Shown here one piece after another: positions 1-11,556 of a stretch of DNA of 64,000 nucleotides. The notes under the pieces were generated by a model. It had not been told where the DNA came from. It searched no databases and saw only the letters and a program-made list of their open reading frames with translations. The number at the start of each line of letters is the position of its first letter. The first letter of the stretch is position 1. Location of the stretch: assembly GCA_044347345.1 (NCBI GenBank), contig JBIKUX010000008.1:1-64000 (forward strand), in the 5' to 3' direction. Made by a program: the position numbers and the translations under genes. This stretch comes from Bdellovibrionota bacterium (GTDB lineage: Bacteria; Bdellovibrionota_C; UBA2361; JBIKUX01).

Positions 1-145
1 CCTTGTCGTCTCGTTGAACTCTGGCCAATATGCCAAGAATAAGCTGATTAGTCGTCTCGGTCGGAGGTAACGGTAAACCTTCCCTAGCTCGAGGGATAAT
101 CTCATATAGTCTCTGTTCAAATATTACTCTGCGTTGTCTTGGCAT
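1..145 (-). CDS. 5' part of a probable Y1 (RAYT/IS200-like) tyrosine transposase, runs off the window edge
   Basis: Not in ORF track. ATG at 145 reads MPRQRRVIFEQRLYEIIPRAREGLPLPPTETTNQLILGILARVQRDDK to the edge, resembling the MPR.R...Y.I..R N-terminus of RAYT proteins. HUH motif would lie outside the window. Confidence 0.5.
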   Translation of the reverse strand, partial: MPRQRRVIFEQRLYEIIPRAREGLPLPPTETTNQLILGILARVQRDDK

Positions 146-252
146 AACACACAGATAATCGAAACCTCCTATTAAAAATTGCTAAAAAACTTTTTTCTCA
201 ATTAAAAAAATAACCAAACCTATAAATACCTAGTTTACTTCACTCTTCACTT

Positions 253-1575
253 CTAGGTTGTACCAATTGCAAGGTGGCCAATTGCAAGGTGGGAAAAGAT
301 GTCATCGACTACGGTTAGGGCTTCCATGAAGGGCTTTCCGATATGCATCAACGAAGTAAAACCGGCCTCGAAAGCTGACGGGGCAAAATAAACTCCGCGC
401 TCAAGTGACAAGTGAAAGAAAGAGTTAAATAAATCACGATTACTCTTTAACGCATCCTCATAATTTCTCACAGGAGTTTCACTGAAGAAAAATCCAAACA
501 TCGTACCTATCACTGCCGTCTGTAACGGAATACCGTGTCTATCAGCACTATCCTTCATTCCCTTCACAAAACTCTCCGTTGCTTGCTGAGTTTCATAAAA
601 TCGGTCGTTACTTGTCCACTCCAAAATCGAAGTATATCCCGCTACCATTGCAAGTGGATTTCCCGAAAGAGTTCCTGCTTGATACACCGATCCCTCTGGC
701 GAAATCTTAGCCATTATTTCTCTGCGCCCACCAAAAGCTCCTACCGGAAGCCCTCCACCGATTACTTTACCGAGCATAGTTAAATCAGGCTCAACTTTAA
801 AAAGAGTTTGAGCTCCCCCTAAAGCCACACGAAACCCAGTCATTACTTCATCAAAAATTAACAAAGCGCCGCACTTATCAGCCTGATTCCTTAAGCCTTC
901 CAAAAAACCTGGATTAGGAGTTATAAAACCTGAATTTCCGACCACAGGTTCAACAATTATAGCCGCCAGTTCATCACCATACTTCTTTACAGCACGCTCC
1001 ACGCCGTCGAGATCATTGTATTCTACAACAATAGTAGCAGATGCTAACTCAGGTAATATCCCTGGCGAATCTGGAAGCGATAATGTCGCTACTCCACTAC
1101 CAGCAGAAACTAGTAAACTATCGACGTGTCCATGATAACACCCTCTAAACTTCAAGATCCGAGAGCGATTTGTGAACCCACGCGCTAACCTAATAACTGA
1201 AATTCCAGCCTCTGTACCAGACGAAACAAACCTTATCTTTTCAATAGATGGAAACCATTTACAGATCTCTTGAGCTAAATGAATTTCACTGACATTCGGA
1301 GCACCATAGGTCGTACCCTTAACAACCTGTTGACTAATTGCGCTAACAACTGAACTGTGAGCGTGACCCAATACCAAAGGACCCCAACTCATAATAAAAT
1401 CTACATATCGATTACCATCGTAATCAAAAAGATAAGCTCCTTCCCCATGTGATACAAAAAATGGCTCACCCCCAACACTTTTAAAGGCTCTAACAGGTGA
1501 GTTCACTCCCCCAGGGAAAAGAGAATTCGCTTCCTTAAAATATTGTGATGATTTAGTAGAGTCGCGCCTTTTCAT
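253..1575 (-). CDS. hemL: glutamate-1-semialdehyde 2,1-aminomutase
   Basis: PGGVNSPVRAF, SSGTEA, GCYHGH, FDEVMTGFR, GKVIGGGLPVG, QAGTLSGNP motifs. Confidence 0.97.
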   Translation of the reverse strand: MKRRDSTKSSQYFKEANSLFPGGVNSPVRAFKSVGGEPFFVSHGEGAYLFDYDGNRYVDFIMSWGPLVLGHAHSSVVSAISQQVVKGTTYGAPNVSEIHLAQEICKWFPSIEKIRFVSSGTEAGISVIRLARGFTNRSRILKFRGCYHGHVDSLLVSAGSGVATLSLPDSPGILPELASATIVVEYNDLDGVERAVKKYGDELAAIIVEPVVGNSGFITPNPGFLEGLRNQADKCGALLIFDEVMTGFRVALGGAQTLFKVEPDLTMLGKVIGGGLPVGAFGGRREIMAKISPEGSVYQAGTLSGNPLAMVAGYTSILEWTSNDRFYETQQATESFVKGMKDSADRHGIPLQTAVIGTMFGFFFSETPVRNYEDALKSNRDLFNSFFHLSLERGVYFAPSAFEAGFTSLMHIGKPFMEALTVVDDIFSHLAIGHLAIGTT

Positions 1576-1586
1576 GAATCACAACT

Positions 1587-2555
<969 letters not shown>

Positions 2556-2665
2556 TACTGCTATTTACAATTTACCAATAAATTAGTTAGTAACAGCATA
2601 GCGATAACTCGCAAAGAGAGATAGGTTACCTACGATAATTTAAAAACCCTTGCGGAGATTTGATA

Positions 2666-3253
2666 ATGACTCATGAACTTCCACCACTTCCGTATGATTA
2701 CAATGCTCTTGAACCATACATTGACCGCCAAACTATGGAACTTCATCATAGCAAGCATCACTTAAGTTACGTAACAGGACTTAACAATGCTGAATCAAAG
2801 CTTCTTGCTGCAAGAGAAACTGGTGATTATTCACTGATTAAGCACTGGGAAAGAGAAGTTGCTTTTCACGGCGCTGGACACTTTTTACATTGCTGCTTTT
2901 GGGAAAATATGGGGCCAAATGGAGGAGGAGAACCCACTGGCATTTTAAGAGATGCGCTATCAGAACGGTTCGGAAGCGTTGATAAGTTTATTGCTCATTT
3001 CAAAGCTGCAGGAACAGCCGTTGAGGGTTCAGGTTGGGTAATTTTGTGTAAGAATCAGATCACCAAACAACTTGATATTTTGACTGCTGAAAAACATCAA
3101 AATTTATGTCAATGGGTTGTGACCCCACTTCTTGCTTGTGATGTATGGGAGCATGCCTACTATTTGAAATATCAAAACAACCGAGGAGCTTACTTAGATA
3201 GCTTTACTAAAGTAATTAATTGGAGCGATGTAACTCGTCGATTACATGGATAG
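2666..3253 (+). CDS. sod: Fe/Mn superoxide dismutase
   Basis: LPPLPYDYNALEP, HHSKHH, DVWEHAYY; GGAG 8 nt before ATG 2666. Confidence 0.96.
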   Translation: MTHELPPLPYDYNALEPYIDRQTMELHHSKHHLSYVTGLNNAESKLLAARETGDYSLIKHWEREVAFHGAGHFLHCCFWENMGPNGGGEPTGILRDALSERFGSVDKFIAHFKAAGTAVEGSGWVILCKNQITKQLDILTAEKHQNLCQWVVTPLLACDVWEHAYYLKYQNNRGAYLDSFTKVINWSDVTRRLHG

Positions 3254-3256
3254 CCG

Positions 3257-3976
3257 ATGACTGGCGGCTACTCTCTCATATTGTGGGATTTCGATGGTAC
3301 TCTATGTGATACATTTGGTGCCATCGAAGCTTCTGTCATTGGAAGTGGGATAACAAAGCCAGAAGAAGTGTCATTTTTAATGGATTGCTTCAAAAACGGA
3401 GCAACCCTGAGCCAAGCATTTACCCTGCTTCTGGAAAATCGCTACCAAAAGAATCCGACACACCTAAGCTCATATAATACAGAGCCTTTTATAAAAGAGA
3501 TTGATCATCTTTGCCGGCAGTATAGAGAAGCCTACCCAGTCTTTGGGCGAAAAAATGAATTTCTATTTTCTGACACCTTACCCACTTTGGAGGCATTCCA
3601 TAAGAAAGGTATTAAGCAAGTAATAGTGAGCAACAAGTCAGAAGATGAATTGGTAGATGCAGTTGACCGCTTCCATCTAACCAGATACTTTTTTTCAGTT
3701 CTCGGTTCAAGAACGGATATGCCCTTTAAACCCGATCCAAAAGTTTTTGAAAAAAGAATCGCCCCCCTATTACTTGGATTTTTTCAAGAAACCTCCTTGC
3801 ATCGCCAAGAAATTCTTATGATAGGTGATACAATAGTTGATGTTCAATTTGGTAACGCCATTGGATGTGACACCGTATTAATTAAAAGATCAAAGTTTAT
3901 TAAGAGTGATATTTTAAGCTCTCTTCAGATGGAGCCAACTTTTTTGATTAATAATTTAAATGAACTAATCTTGTAA
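3257..3976 (+). CDS. HAD-family hydrolase (phosphoglycolate phosphatase-like)
   Basis: DFDGTL, SNK, KPDP, IGDT motifs. Confidence 0.9.
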   Translation: MTGGYSLILWDFDGTLCDTFGAIEASVIGSGITKPEEVSFLMDCFKNGATLSQAFTLLLENRYQKNPTHLSSYNTEPFIKEIDHLCRQYREAYPVFGRKNEFLFSDTLPTLEAFHKKGIKQVIVSNKSEDELVDAVDRFHLTRYFFSVLGSRTDMPFKPDPKVFEKRIAPLLLGFFQETSLHRQEILMIGDTIVDVQFGNAIGCDTVLIKRSKFIKSDILSSLQMEPTFLINNLNELIL

Positions 3977-3989
3977 CTACCACTAAAAA

Positions 3990-6704
3990 TTAATTATGAA
4001 AAATAATTTCTGCTAAACGCGCACTTATAGAACCTATCGTTACCTGTGAGGATAAATCATCTTTAATTAAATCTGTTAGCAATAACGACGCAGAAGAACT
4101 AGCTGACAACTGATATCGCTCGATAATTAATCCAAGAGCATTTGCCGTTGCCATCCGAAGAAAAGGCTCTTCTTTCCTTAATGGAGCTGAACGGATTAAT
4201 TTTAAAGCTCGTTCAGTGGTTAACAATGGATGGCGTATTATAGACTCCAGTAACCTTAATTGGAGCGATAAAGATGCTGTACTAAGAAAATATGAGTACA
4301 GGGGAACAGCTAAGTGTTCAGGCATCATAGTTAGACTTAATGCTATGTGCTCTTCACTACCAAATTCTGATAAAGCACGGCGTATTTCCAAACGAGTAGA
4401 ATCTATTCTTGAAAGAACGACAAGCGCACTTAATCTGACATCATCGTTCAACTCTTCATTTCGCAGTATTGATTCAAATATCGACGCAAGCGATAGTGCA
4501 TCAATGCCAGCTGTTGCTGCCGAAACATACAAAGCCGTAGCCCCCTCCGCTGTAAGAAATGGCTCAATAACTGGCACCATATCTTCGACAGAAATCCCTA
4601 AACTAGCCCTTTCTCTGATGACTGCTGCAATCAGGTCTACAGCTGTTCCAACATCTGCCTTCTGAGTAGTCATACGCACCAAAGGAATTACCTTTTTTGC
4701 CTGTAACCCAAATGATGCCAAATTGTGAAAAACTTTAGTTCTCATTTCAGGAGAGATAGTTGTTACACACGACATAGCTTCACGAAATAGCGTTGAAAGT
4801 GGCATATACCCAGACGAAGAAGTAATGTTTCCCTTAGCGGCGAATCGAGGGATAAGCGCATTGATAATATCAATTCTCTCATTACATGGCATCGCACCTA
4901 AGCCTTCTTGTAGAATTTGCCACACATCATCAGCTCGTGAATCTACAGTTATAAGTGCCCGAGCAATAGTAATACGTGCGCGTTGATCGGTTTTTTCATC
5001 AGCAAGCATTCGCCTTAAAATTCCGGCTACCGGCTGCCCTATCTTTGAAAGAAGTCGTAATGTGAGTGACTGCAAGCGGTTATCTTTTTCCTTTAAACCC
5101 AATAGAAGAAGCTTTAATCCACTAGCAGATGGAGGATTAATATCGCTGGCTATCTGTAAATACTGAGCTCTTACTTCTAGTGGAACTTTGTCAAAAGCAT
5201 CCCGTAGGCGCTGACTAATACTAGCCCCGCGCTCTGCCAATAATATGGCCGGAGATGATATGCTCTGATAAGAGTCGAAAGAAGGATTCTTTTCCAGAAA
5301 TATAGGCAATAATGAAAGAAGTGGCTCAATTAAAACACTCCCTACTATTCTAATTCTTTCTTTACTGAGTCGCGCACGTGTTCTAACGAGCTCAATTAAC
5401 AGATCATCATCACGAGGACTAGATTTAAATCTTCTGACGATCTCTTGCTCAAGAGCCGACATGGCTCGGGGATTAGGATGAGCTAAAATACCTAGCGACC
5501 GTACAGCTTCAATTTGAACGTTACGGTCGCTACCAGCAAGGTCGGCACTGTATAATAAAGAAATCAAAGTGTCTGCTACCTGAGCTACTCCAGTCGTAGC
5601 AGATCCTAAAGTAGCTATTACTTCAGGTACAAAGTTAGGCTCTATTCTAGTCAATACTCCCAAAATCCCCTGAACAACAGGAGGATTTCCGAGACAACAA
5701 TTACTTAGAATATTTAGTGCAAGAGACCGGCGCAGAGGATCTTTATCGACTAGTATCTCCACTAATCTCTGCTGTCCAGCTGCACTAGTTCGCAAAAATA
5801 ATCCCGACTCAATATGACGGCGAATAAATGGACCTAGTCTACTCAACATCTGAGAGGTTCCAAGAGAAATCTCCCTTATAAATACCGGAATAGTTCCAGT
5901 TCTAGGTGGAAATGTCATTTTAGCCAAAGTAGTGGCATATTGCGCCCGAGCATCCTCTGACTTAGCCCCCCAATAAGCATCTAGAAGTGCATCCCCTGAA
6001 ACCACTCCAAGTGGATCAAGATCTAAAACAGTCGAAAGATAAAGTCCTGTGTCTTTACTAGCTGATTGCCGAACTAAAAAAGTCACTCCCCTCTTTCCAA
6101 GTGCCTTAAAAACGGCTGACGCACTTTTTGATAACAAAGATGAGGACAGAAGATTTGCAGATATCTGCTCTAAAACATCATCTGTTACATACTCTGGAAA
6201 AAGTCTCGCCTCTCCAGCGATACGCACAGCTGCTTGTTGTACTCTTTGATTAAATTCTGGGTCAATTTCACCTTCTTTTGGATTTCCAAATTCAGCTACC
6301 AATTCCGGAACAACGAAGAAGGACTTAGGAGCCATCATCACAAGAATATCAAGTGCACAACGTCGAGCGCTTAAATATCTTCCACTATCATATACAGCAC
6401 CCACCGCCTCTCCAATTCCTGTTAAGGCAGCATCTCCTACAAATGGAGCTGATACAGCAAACTCTGGTATAGTTGATGCTCCACCATCAACTTCCATCCT
6501 CACGACTCGAATAAGATACCCTATAATTTCAAGATGCTGATTATTTGGTAAATTTAGTATATTCTCAAAAGCTATTGCACAGTTAGAAAAAATACTATTT
6601 TTTGTATCTTTGTTGATTGTCTCTGCAAGAACAACGGTATTTGCCTGTATTACAGATAGCATTATAACCGAAAAAAAAATTAAGAGTACTTTTTGGAGAT
6701 TCAT
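3990..6704 (-). CDS. large secreted HEAT/ARM-repeat-like helical protein
   Basis: Signal peptide; recurring HEAT-like segments (DPLRRSLALNIL, NVQIEAVRSLG, DDVRLSALVVL, FLRMATANALG). Confidence 0.65.
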   Translation of the reverse strand: MNLQKVLLIFFSVIMLSVIQANTVVLAETINKDTKNSIFSNCAIAFENILNLPNNQHLEIIGYLIRVVRMEVDGGASTIPEFAVSAPFVGDAALTGIGEAVGAVYDSGRYLSARRCALDILVMMAPKSFFVVPELVAEFGNPKEGEIDPEFNQRVQQAAVRIAGEARLFPEYVTDDVLEQISANLLSSSLLSKSASAVFKALGKRGVTFLVRQSASKDTGLYLSTVLDLDPLGVVSGDALLDAYWGAKSEDARAQYATTLAKMTFPPRTGTIPVFIREISLGTSQMLSRLGPFIRRHIESGLFLRTSAAGQQRLVEILVDKDPLRRSLALNILSNCCLGNPPVVQGILGVLTRIEPNFVPEVIATLGSATTGVAQVADTLISLLYSADLAGSDRNVQIEAVRSLGILAHPNPRAMSALEQEIVRRFKSSPRDDDLLIELVRTRARLSKERIRIVGSVLIEPLLSLLPIFLEKNPSFDSYQSISSPAILLAERGASISQRLRDAFDKVPLEVRAQYLQIASDINPPSASGLKLLLLGLKEKDNRLQSLTLRLLSKIGQPVAGILRRMLADEKTDQRARITIARALITVDSRADDVWQILQEGLGAMPCNERIDIINALIPRFAAKGNITSSSGYMPLSTLFREAMSCVTTISPEMRTKVFHNLASFGLQAKKVIPLVRMTTQKADVGTAVDLIAAVIRERASLGISVEDMVPVIEPFLTAEGATALYVSAATAGIDALSLASIFESILRNEELNDDVRLSALVVLSRIDSTRLEIRRALSEFGSEEHIALSLTMMPEHLAVPLYSYFLSTASLSLQLRLLESIIRHPLLTTERALKLIRSAPLRKEEPFLRMATANALGLIIERYQLSASSSASLLLTDLIKDDLSSQVTIGSISARLAEIIFHN

Positions 6705-6707
6705 ATA

Positions 6708-8441
6708 CTATTGATTATCTCCATTGTAGTGCCACCTACCATTAGATAATAATTGTAGATTATTTTTATGGTAGGGTTTAAGCTGGTGCAGGTATCCTAC
6801 ACTTATAAATGACTGTACTTTTGTCTGCAAAAGAGCGTAAATTAATGCCGTGTCTTCTTCTTCTATGCCTGTTGTCGCTTCATCAAGAAGCACTATTTTA
6901 GGCCTAGCTAATAATACTCTAGCAAAGCCCAATCTCTGTTGCTCACCAACTGATAAAATTGTACTCCAATCAAGAACTTCATCTAGTCCTCCAACGCGGT
7001 GAAAAGTATCAAATAATCTAACCTGCTCAATTACCGATATTAATTCATCATCTGAGGCAATCTTTCTCTTTAAACCATACAATAATTGACTTCTTAGAGT
7101 ACCGAGCACCATATAAGGTCTTTGGGGTATAAAGAAAAGATCATCGCGTGGAGGCCTGTAAACTTTACCCACACCATTATTCCAGAGACCTGCTAACACT
7201 CTTAGCAGTGAACTTTTACCACTACCGCTCGGGCCAGAGATAAGAAGAGTTTCTCCTTTAGGAAGAGCAAAAGATAAGTTATCTAAAATTATCTCACCAC
7301 TAAGTGGCGTTAAGATTGTAACATCTTCACAGCAAAAATGATCGCTATCCTCCAAAGTAATTAGTTCTCTTTGCCCATGGAAAGTCGCCGCAGCTTCCGC
7401 ATCGACAACTACCTCCCAAAATGTTCCCAAACGAGTAACCACTGCCGCAAAAGCGCTGAGGCCACCAAAATTAGAAACTATAATTGAGAGTGCTCCCAAG
7501 ACCATCCCAAAAGCTACAGTAGCTTGAGTTACTACTCCAAATTCAATTTTACCCTTAAGATAAAGAGGCGCTACTACAACAGTAGGCAATACTGTAATGA
7601 TATAATTGTAGCCTGTGCGAAAAAATCCGAGATTTCTATTCCAATCGATAATTAACTTCATATTATCAACAGCTCGGTTTAGCCGCTGTCTCACTCGTGT
7701 GCGCTCCTTAGTTTCATTACCGTAAAAAGCAATTGACTCAGCGTTGTCTCTTACATTGATCAACTTATATCGGTAATCTCCCTCAAGTTTCAGTTGTATA
7801 AAATTAAGTGGAATTAACGGTCGCCCAAGATAGTATGTAGCTACTGATCCAAAAACTGCATATACAATCGCCACCAAAGTTAATGGCACAGAGATCGACC
7901 AAAGTATTTTCATGAAGGCAAATAGCGCTATGAGTGAATTAAAGATTATAAGCAAAAAAGATAGAGTTAATGTTGTAAAAGTTCGAATATCTTCTTCAAT
8001 TCTTTGGTCAGGATTATCTATATAACCTTCAGTATTTATCTTGTAGTAGGCTCGATTAGAAAAATAATGGCTTATAAGTTTTAATGATAGCCACCGTCGC
8101 CAATGAAGACCCATCCACTCCTCGACGTATCGATAGAAAACGACCACTGGTGTTGCCAGAAAAAAAGCTCCTAAATATAGGTACAATTGGCGAAAAAATT
8201 CTTCCTGCTCCTTGCGCGACAAAGCGGTCATAAAGTCGCGACCAATAAAATTCATTAAAACATTAAGACCATTCATCGCAATTGAAAAACCGGCTAGAAG
8301 TATCAGTAGACAGATTGCCCTAACGCGGTACTCCCCAACGAAATAAAGACGAGCCACCATCCAGAAGCGACGCCAAGTAGTCGCGTCAAATCGTTGACTC
8401 TCTTCTTCTTCTTTGTTCTCTCGCGAGTCTTTTTTCCTCAT
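6708..8441 (-). CDS. ABCD/YddA-type fused ABC transporter permease/ATPase
   Basis: DNPDQRI in TMD, NAESIAFY, Walker A GPSGSGKS, PQRPY, LSVGEQQR, LLDEAT. Confidence 0.92.
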   Translation of the reverse strand: MRKKDSRENKEEEESQRFDATTWRRFWMVARLYFVGEYRVRAICLLILLAGFSIAMNGLNVLMNFIGRDFMTALSRKEQEEFFRQLYLYLGAFFLATPVVVFYRYVEEWMGLHWRRWLSLKLISHYFSNRAYYKINTEGYIDNPDQRIEEDIRTFTTLTLSFLLIIFNSLIALFAFMKILWSISVPLTLVAIVYAVFGSVATYYLGRPLIPLNFIQLKLEGDYRYKLINVRDNAESIAFYGNETKERTRVRQRLNRAVDNMKLIIDWNRNLGFFRTGYNYIITVLPTVVVAPLYLKGKIEFGVVTQATVAFGMVLGALSIIVSNFGGLSAFAAVVTRLGTFWEVVVDAEAAATFHGQRELITLEDSDHFCCEDVTILTPLSGEIILDNLSFALPKGETLLISGPSGSGKSSLLRVLAGLWNNGVGKVYRPPRDDLFFIPQRPYMVLGTLRSQLLYGLKRKIASDDELISVIEQVRLFDTFHRVGGLDEVLDWSTILSVGEQQRLGFARVLLARPKIVLLDEATTGIEEEDTALIYALLQTKVQSFISVGYLHQLKPYHKNNLQLLSNGRWHYNGDNQ

Positions 8442-8569
8442 ATTTAACGTAACGCCGTTTGGCTTTTTTATTTTGATAACAATTAAATTGAAGATGACCC
8501 AAAAACTTTATTGTAGCTAACCTTAAGACTCACTTTTATCCTTTTTAGCAACATTAAAACCTAATATAT

Positions 8570-8992
8570 TTAGCGTAAAAGTGCTCTAGCTGATGTTACT
8601 GCCCGTGACAATGGGGCAGATAAATTTTCAGGATCAGAATAAAACTCATCTATCTTTTCAACTAAATCGGCAGAACGAACAGAGCGAAGATTATATAGCT
8701 CTTTTACACCTTCTAGACTTGCCACTGCCTTCTGCGGGTTCTTACGCACATATTGAATTGCGATATCTGTTACAAGAGCTGCATCTCGCCATCCGTGCAA
8801 ATAACCGGCAACAAATTGTTGCTTTTGCTCCAAGTTTAGAAGCTTCCAAATTGGATAAAAACTTGGAGGTTGGTCAGTTGCATAAACAACTCTAGCTTGG
8901 TGCTTATTCAAGACAGCTTCTTGAAAGAATCCCTCGAAAAAAACATAAGTTATGCTAATAAAAATTAATAAAAGTCTTTTACAGTATTTCAT
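8570..8992 (-). CDS. hypothetical exported protein
   Basis: 140-aa ORF with N-terminal hydrophobic stretch, co-oriented with ABC gene. Confidence 0.6.
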   Translation of the reverse strand: MKYCKRLLLIFISITYVFFEGFFQEAVLNKHQARVVYATDQPPSFYPIWKLLNLEQKQQFVAGYLHGWRDAALVTDIAIQYVRKNPQKAVASLEGVKELYNLRSVRSADLVEKIDEFYSDPENLSAPLSRAVTSARALLR

Positions 8993-9291
8993 ATACTCAA
9001 ACTATTTACCGTTTTGATCCTTGATATACAAAGGCATCCTCACATTATTTTAGGTCACTTTTAGTTAGTGTGCCTTGATATGCAAATTTAGCACAATATT
9101 TTGGCCGATTTGATAAGTTAGTTATCCTAGTTTTTACGATTGACCAAAAAAATCTCCTAATTCTTCGTAAAAAAAGCTTATCAATTTACTTTTTTAAGTC
9201 TTTTTCTAAAGAAAACATCAGCGGAGTCGTTTATTAGATTTGTAACGCGAAAGGTGAAAAAATATAAATAAGTATTAATTCGGATCTACGA

Positions 9292-9618
9292 GTGATTGAT
9301 AATCTAAAAAACCTATCACAAGCACTATCGGCACTCAGCACTGCTATAGGAGTACGATCAAATAATTTGGCCAATGCGAGCTCTGAAAAATTCATAGCAA
9401 GTAACCCCGTACTAACCCAAGACTCGCGAGGAGGAGTGGTAGTAAACGTCACTCCCAACACCTCAGCAGGAGTAGATATCATCAGCGAAAGTATTCAGAT
9501 AAGCCAATTTGCCAACGCATATCGTGCAGTGGCTTCAACTATACTTAGTATCAAAAAAGTTGAAAAAGACGTTCGCGTTGAAAGTCTTAACTCTGGAACT
9601 GATAATTCTTTTTTGTAG
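9292..9618 (+). CDS. small flagellar basal-body rod-domain protein (FlgB/FlgC-like N- and C-terminal motifs)
   Basis: SNNLANASS N-terminal motif; VDIISESIQI...AYRA C-terminal motif. Confidence 0.7.
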   Translation: MIDNLKNLSQALSALSTAIGVRSNNLANASSEKFIASNPVLTQDSRGGVVVNVTPNTSAGVDIISESIQISQFANAYRAVASTILSIKKVEKDVRVESLNSGTDNSFL

Positions 9619-10615
9619 AAATATTGTTATCCATAGAGGAAGCTACCGCTATCTCTCGACGCCATCTCTGATGATCACCCAAAATTCTGAGTGCATAATT
9701 TACCACTTGGCGAGGCACTCCCTTTTTTTCTCCCATGACCGTCTTTTTAAGATGTCCGGGTCCCCAGTTGTAGGCAATTAGCGTTAATACTCTGTTACCA
9801 TCAAACATTGATTCAAGGTACTTTAGATAAGTTATTCCTAGAGCTAAGTTATATCCTGGTTCGGTAAGAGTTCCCCTAGGAAGGCCACTTAGTGATGGAA
9901 AGGTTTCAATATGAGCTTTTGTACCTGGCATAATCTGCATTAGTCCTCGGGCACCTACTGGTGAAATTGCATCGGTAGCAAAGGCACTCTCCGTTTTAAT
10001 CACAGCGGCAACAAACAATGGATCAAATAATTGCGCCTTTGACTCTTTTACAATTGCCCGAGCAAGCATTGCAGGCTTAACACCTTTTTTTTTGCCGAAT
10101 TTTGCGATTAAGCTGGTTACCTTTCTTACGGTCATTTCACCATATTCTTGCTGGGGAGTAAGAATAACTGGTGAGATAAATAAACCTTCCTCCTTAGTTT
10201 TATTTGAAACCGTATTATCCGCTATATTTCTGGTTGACTTAGTACTTAATTTTGGTGCCTTAAACAACGGGGTTTTTACGCCGATTGCCTCCAACTCTTC
10301 CAAAGGAATTAAGTCAGATTCTGTTGTTAAAGTAACGAATTTAGTCGCATTACCGTTTTCATTATTATCAATACTATGGCTAAAGAAACGTTCTCCAAGG
10401 TCTTGGTATAAAAGTATATTTCCATAAAATAGCTGATCCCATAGCATCCATGTAGCAAAGGCAATACATGCGGCAATTAAATAAATAAGTGATGAACCAA
10501 AATTTATTTTATAATTAGGTTTCTCTGTATTTAAGCTACCTAATTGACTAAAAAATTCGGATTTATGGGAATTTTTCTTACCAATTATTCTACCAGACTG
10601 GTATGTCGGTGCCAC
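9587..10615 (-). CDS. membrane-anchored lytic transglycosylase (SLT domain)
   Basis: AVIKTESAF, GARGLMQIMP, AYNWGPG; N-terminal TM. Confidence 0.92.
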   Translation of the reverse strand: MAPTYQSGRIIGKKNSHKSEFFSQLGSLNTEKPNYKINFGSSLIYLIAACIAFATWMLWDQLFYGNILLYQDLGERFFSHSIDNNENGNATKFVTLTTESDLIPLEELEAIGVKTPLFKAPKLSTKSTRNIADNTVSNKTKEEGLFISPVILTPQQEYGEMTVRKVTSLIAKFGKKKGVKPAMLARAIVKESKAQLFDPLFVAAVIKTESAFATDAISPVGARGLMQIMPGTKAHIETFPSLSGLPRGTLTEPGYNLALGITYLKYLESMFDGNRVLTLIAYNWGPGHLKKTVMGEKKGVPRQVVNYALRILGDHQRWRREIAVASSMDNNISTKKNYQFQS

Positions 10616-10713
10616 ATCTTACCTCGCTACCAATTACCAACGGCATATTAGTCAGACGAGATTAGACAAAATAGCTTGTTTAAAAATTTTTAAAAAATTA
10701 AAAAAGCTTTATA

Positions 10714-10902
10714 CTAACTATTCGATCCGCTTCGTAGGGTAATCCAAGTTCCACTAGCTACTAAAACTATGTGTATAATTGAAACGATAGCTCCATGGGT
10801 ATTACCTGACTCGGCAGCTACCGAACATAAACGAATAATTAACACCAAAGAAATAGCAACAATACTAATTTCTAGAGACCAAGCTTTACTTTTTACTACC
10901 AT
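10714..10902 (-). CDS. possible small two-TM protein
   Basis: 62-aa ATG ORF with two hydrophobic segments in a co-oriented run. Confidence 0.35.
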   Translation of the reverse strand: MVVKSKAWSLEISIVAISLVLIIRLCSVAAESGNTHGAIVSIIHIVLVASGTWITLRSGSNS

Positions 10903-10945
10903 TTTAAAGTATTACTAGCTACGAAATATTTTTAAATTTACATTT

Positions 10946-10974
10946 TACAGCGCTAGAATTTTTGTAGCGCTGTA
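10946..10974. terminator. perfect 10-bp stem-loop downstream of 10985..11311
   Basis: TACAGCGCTA-9nt-TAGCGCTGTA; no U-tract on the minus strand. Confidence 0.5.
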
Positions 10975-10984
10975 TAGCTTGTAC

Positions 10985-11311
10985 CTATCGAAGGAGTGTA
11001 AGTCGATTCTGAATGTCAGCAGGACGCCTTTCATATCCACGTAAACTTTTCTGAAGTGCTACCGGATCTAAGTCAAGATGGGTTGCCACCCAAGCAAAGC
11101 TGAATTCAATCGATGGATCCAAGACGCCAAAAAGCCACTGCCTGGCGCTACGCACTATATGTCTTTCACAATGAGCCGTCCCAAATGCGTCACAAATTGC
11201 GCGTGCAAGCACCGCGGCCAGCAAATTTCTTTCCGGCTTAACAGGGGCATTTTCGTCATTAACATCATCGTCGTCAGCGAGAAATTTATTTCCTGCGGGA
11301 ATGCTGCTCAT
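10985..11311 (-). CDS. conserved hypothetical protein (PE.nLl.AVL..A..D...W.F...FSF..v...LdLDP pattern)
   Basis: GGAG RBS; pattern I recall from uncharacterised small deltaproteobacterial-type proteins. Confidence 0.7.
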   Translation of the reverse strand: MSSIPAGNKFLADDDDVNDENAPVKPERNLLAAVLARAICDAFGTAHCERHIVRSARQWLFGVLDPSIEFSFAWVATHLDLDPVALQKSLRGYERRPADIQNRLTLLR

Positions 11312-11556
11312 GAAGATTCTCCATATCGTTTTAAGCGCAAAATTGCTTAATTCTTTTTGCGAACAAGCAAACTTTTAACTATTTAAAGTAAGTGCGTCAA
11401 CAAATAAATGGCTCGAAAATAGCGATAAATTGTAATATTTTTGTCACAAAAATATTACAGAATCCGCAATTTATAGGTATGCATCTAAGGACGCCAACTT
11501 TGGTAATTACTAATGAGACTCCCGATAATGCCCCAATTTGCAATTATTTACTCGAA

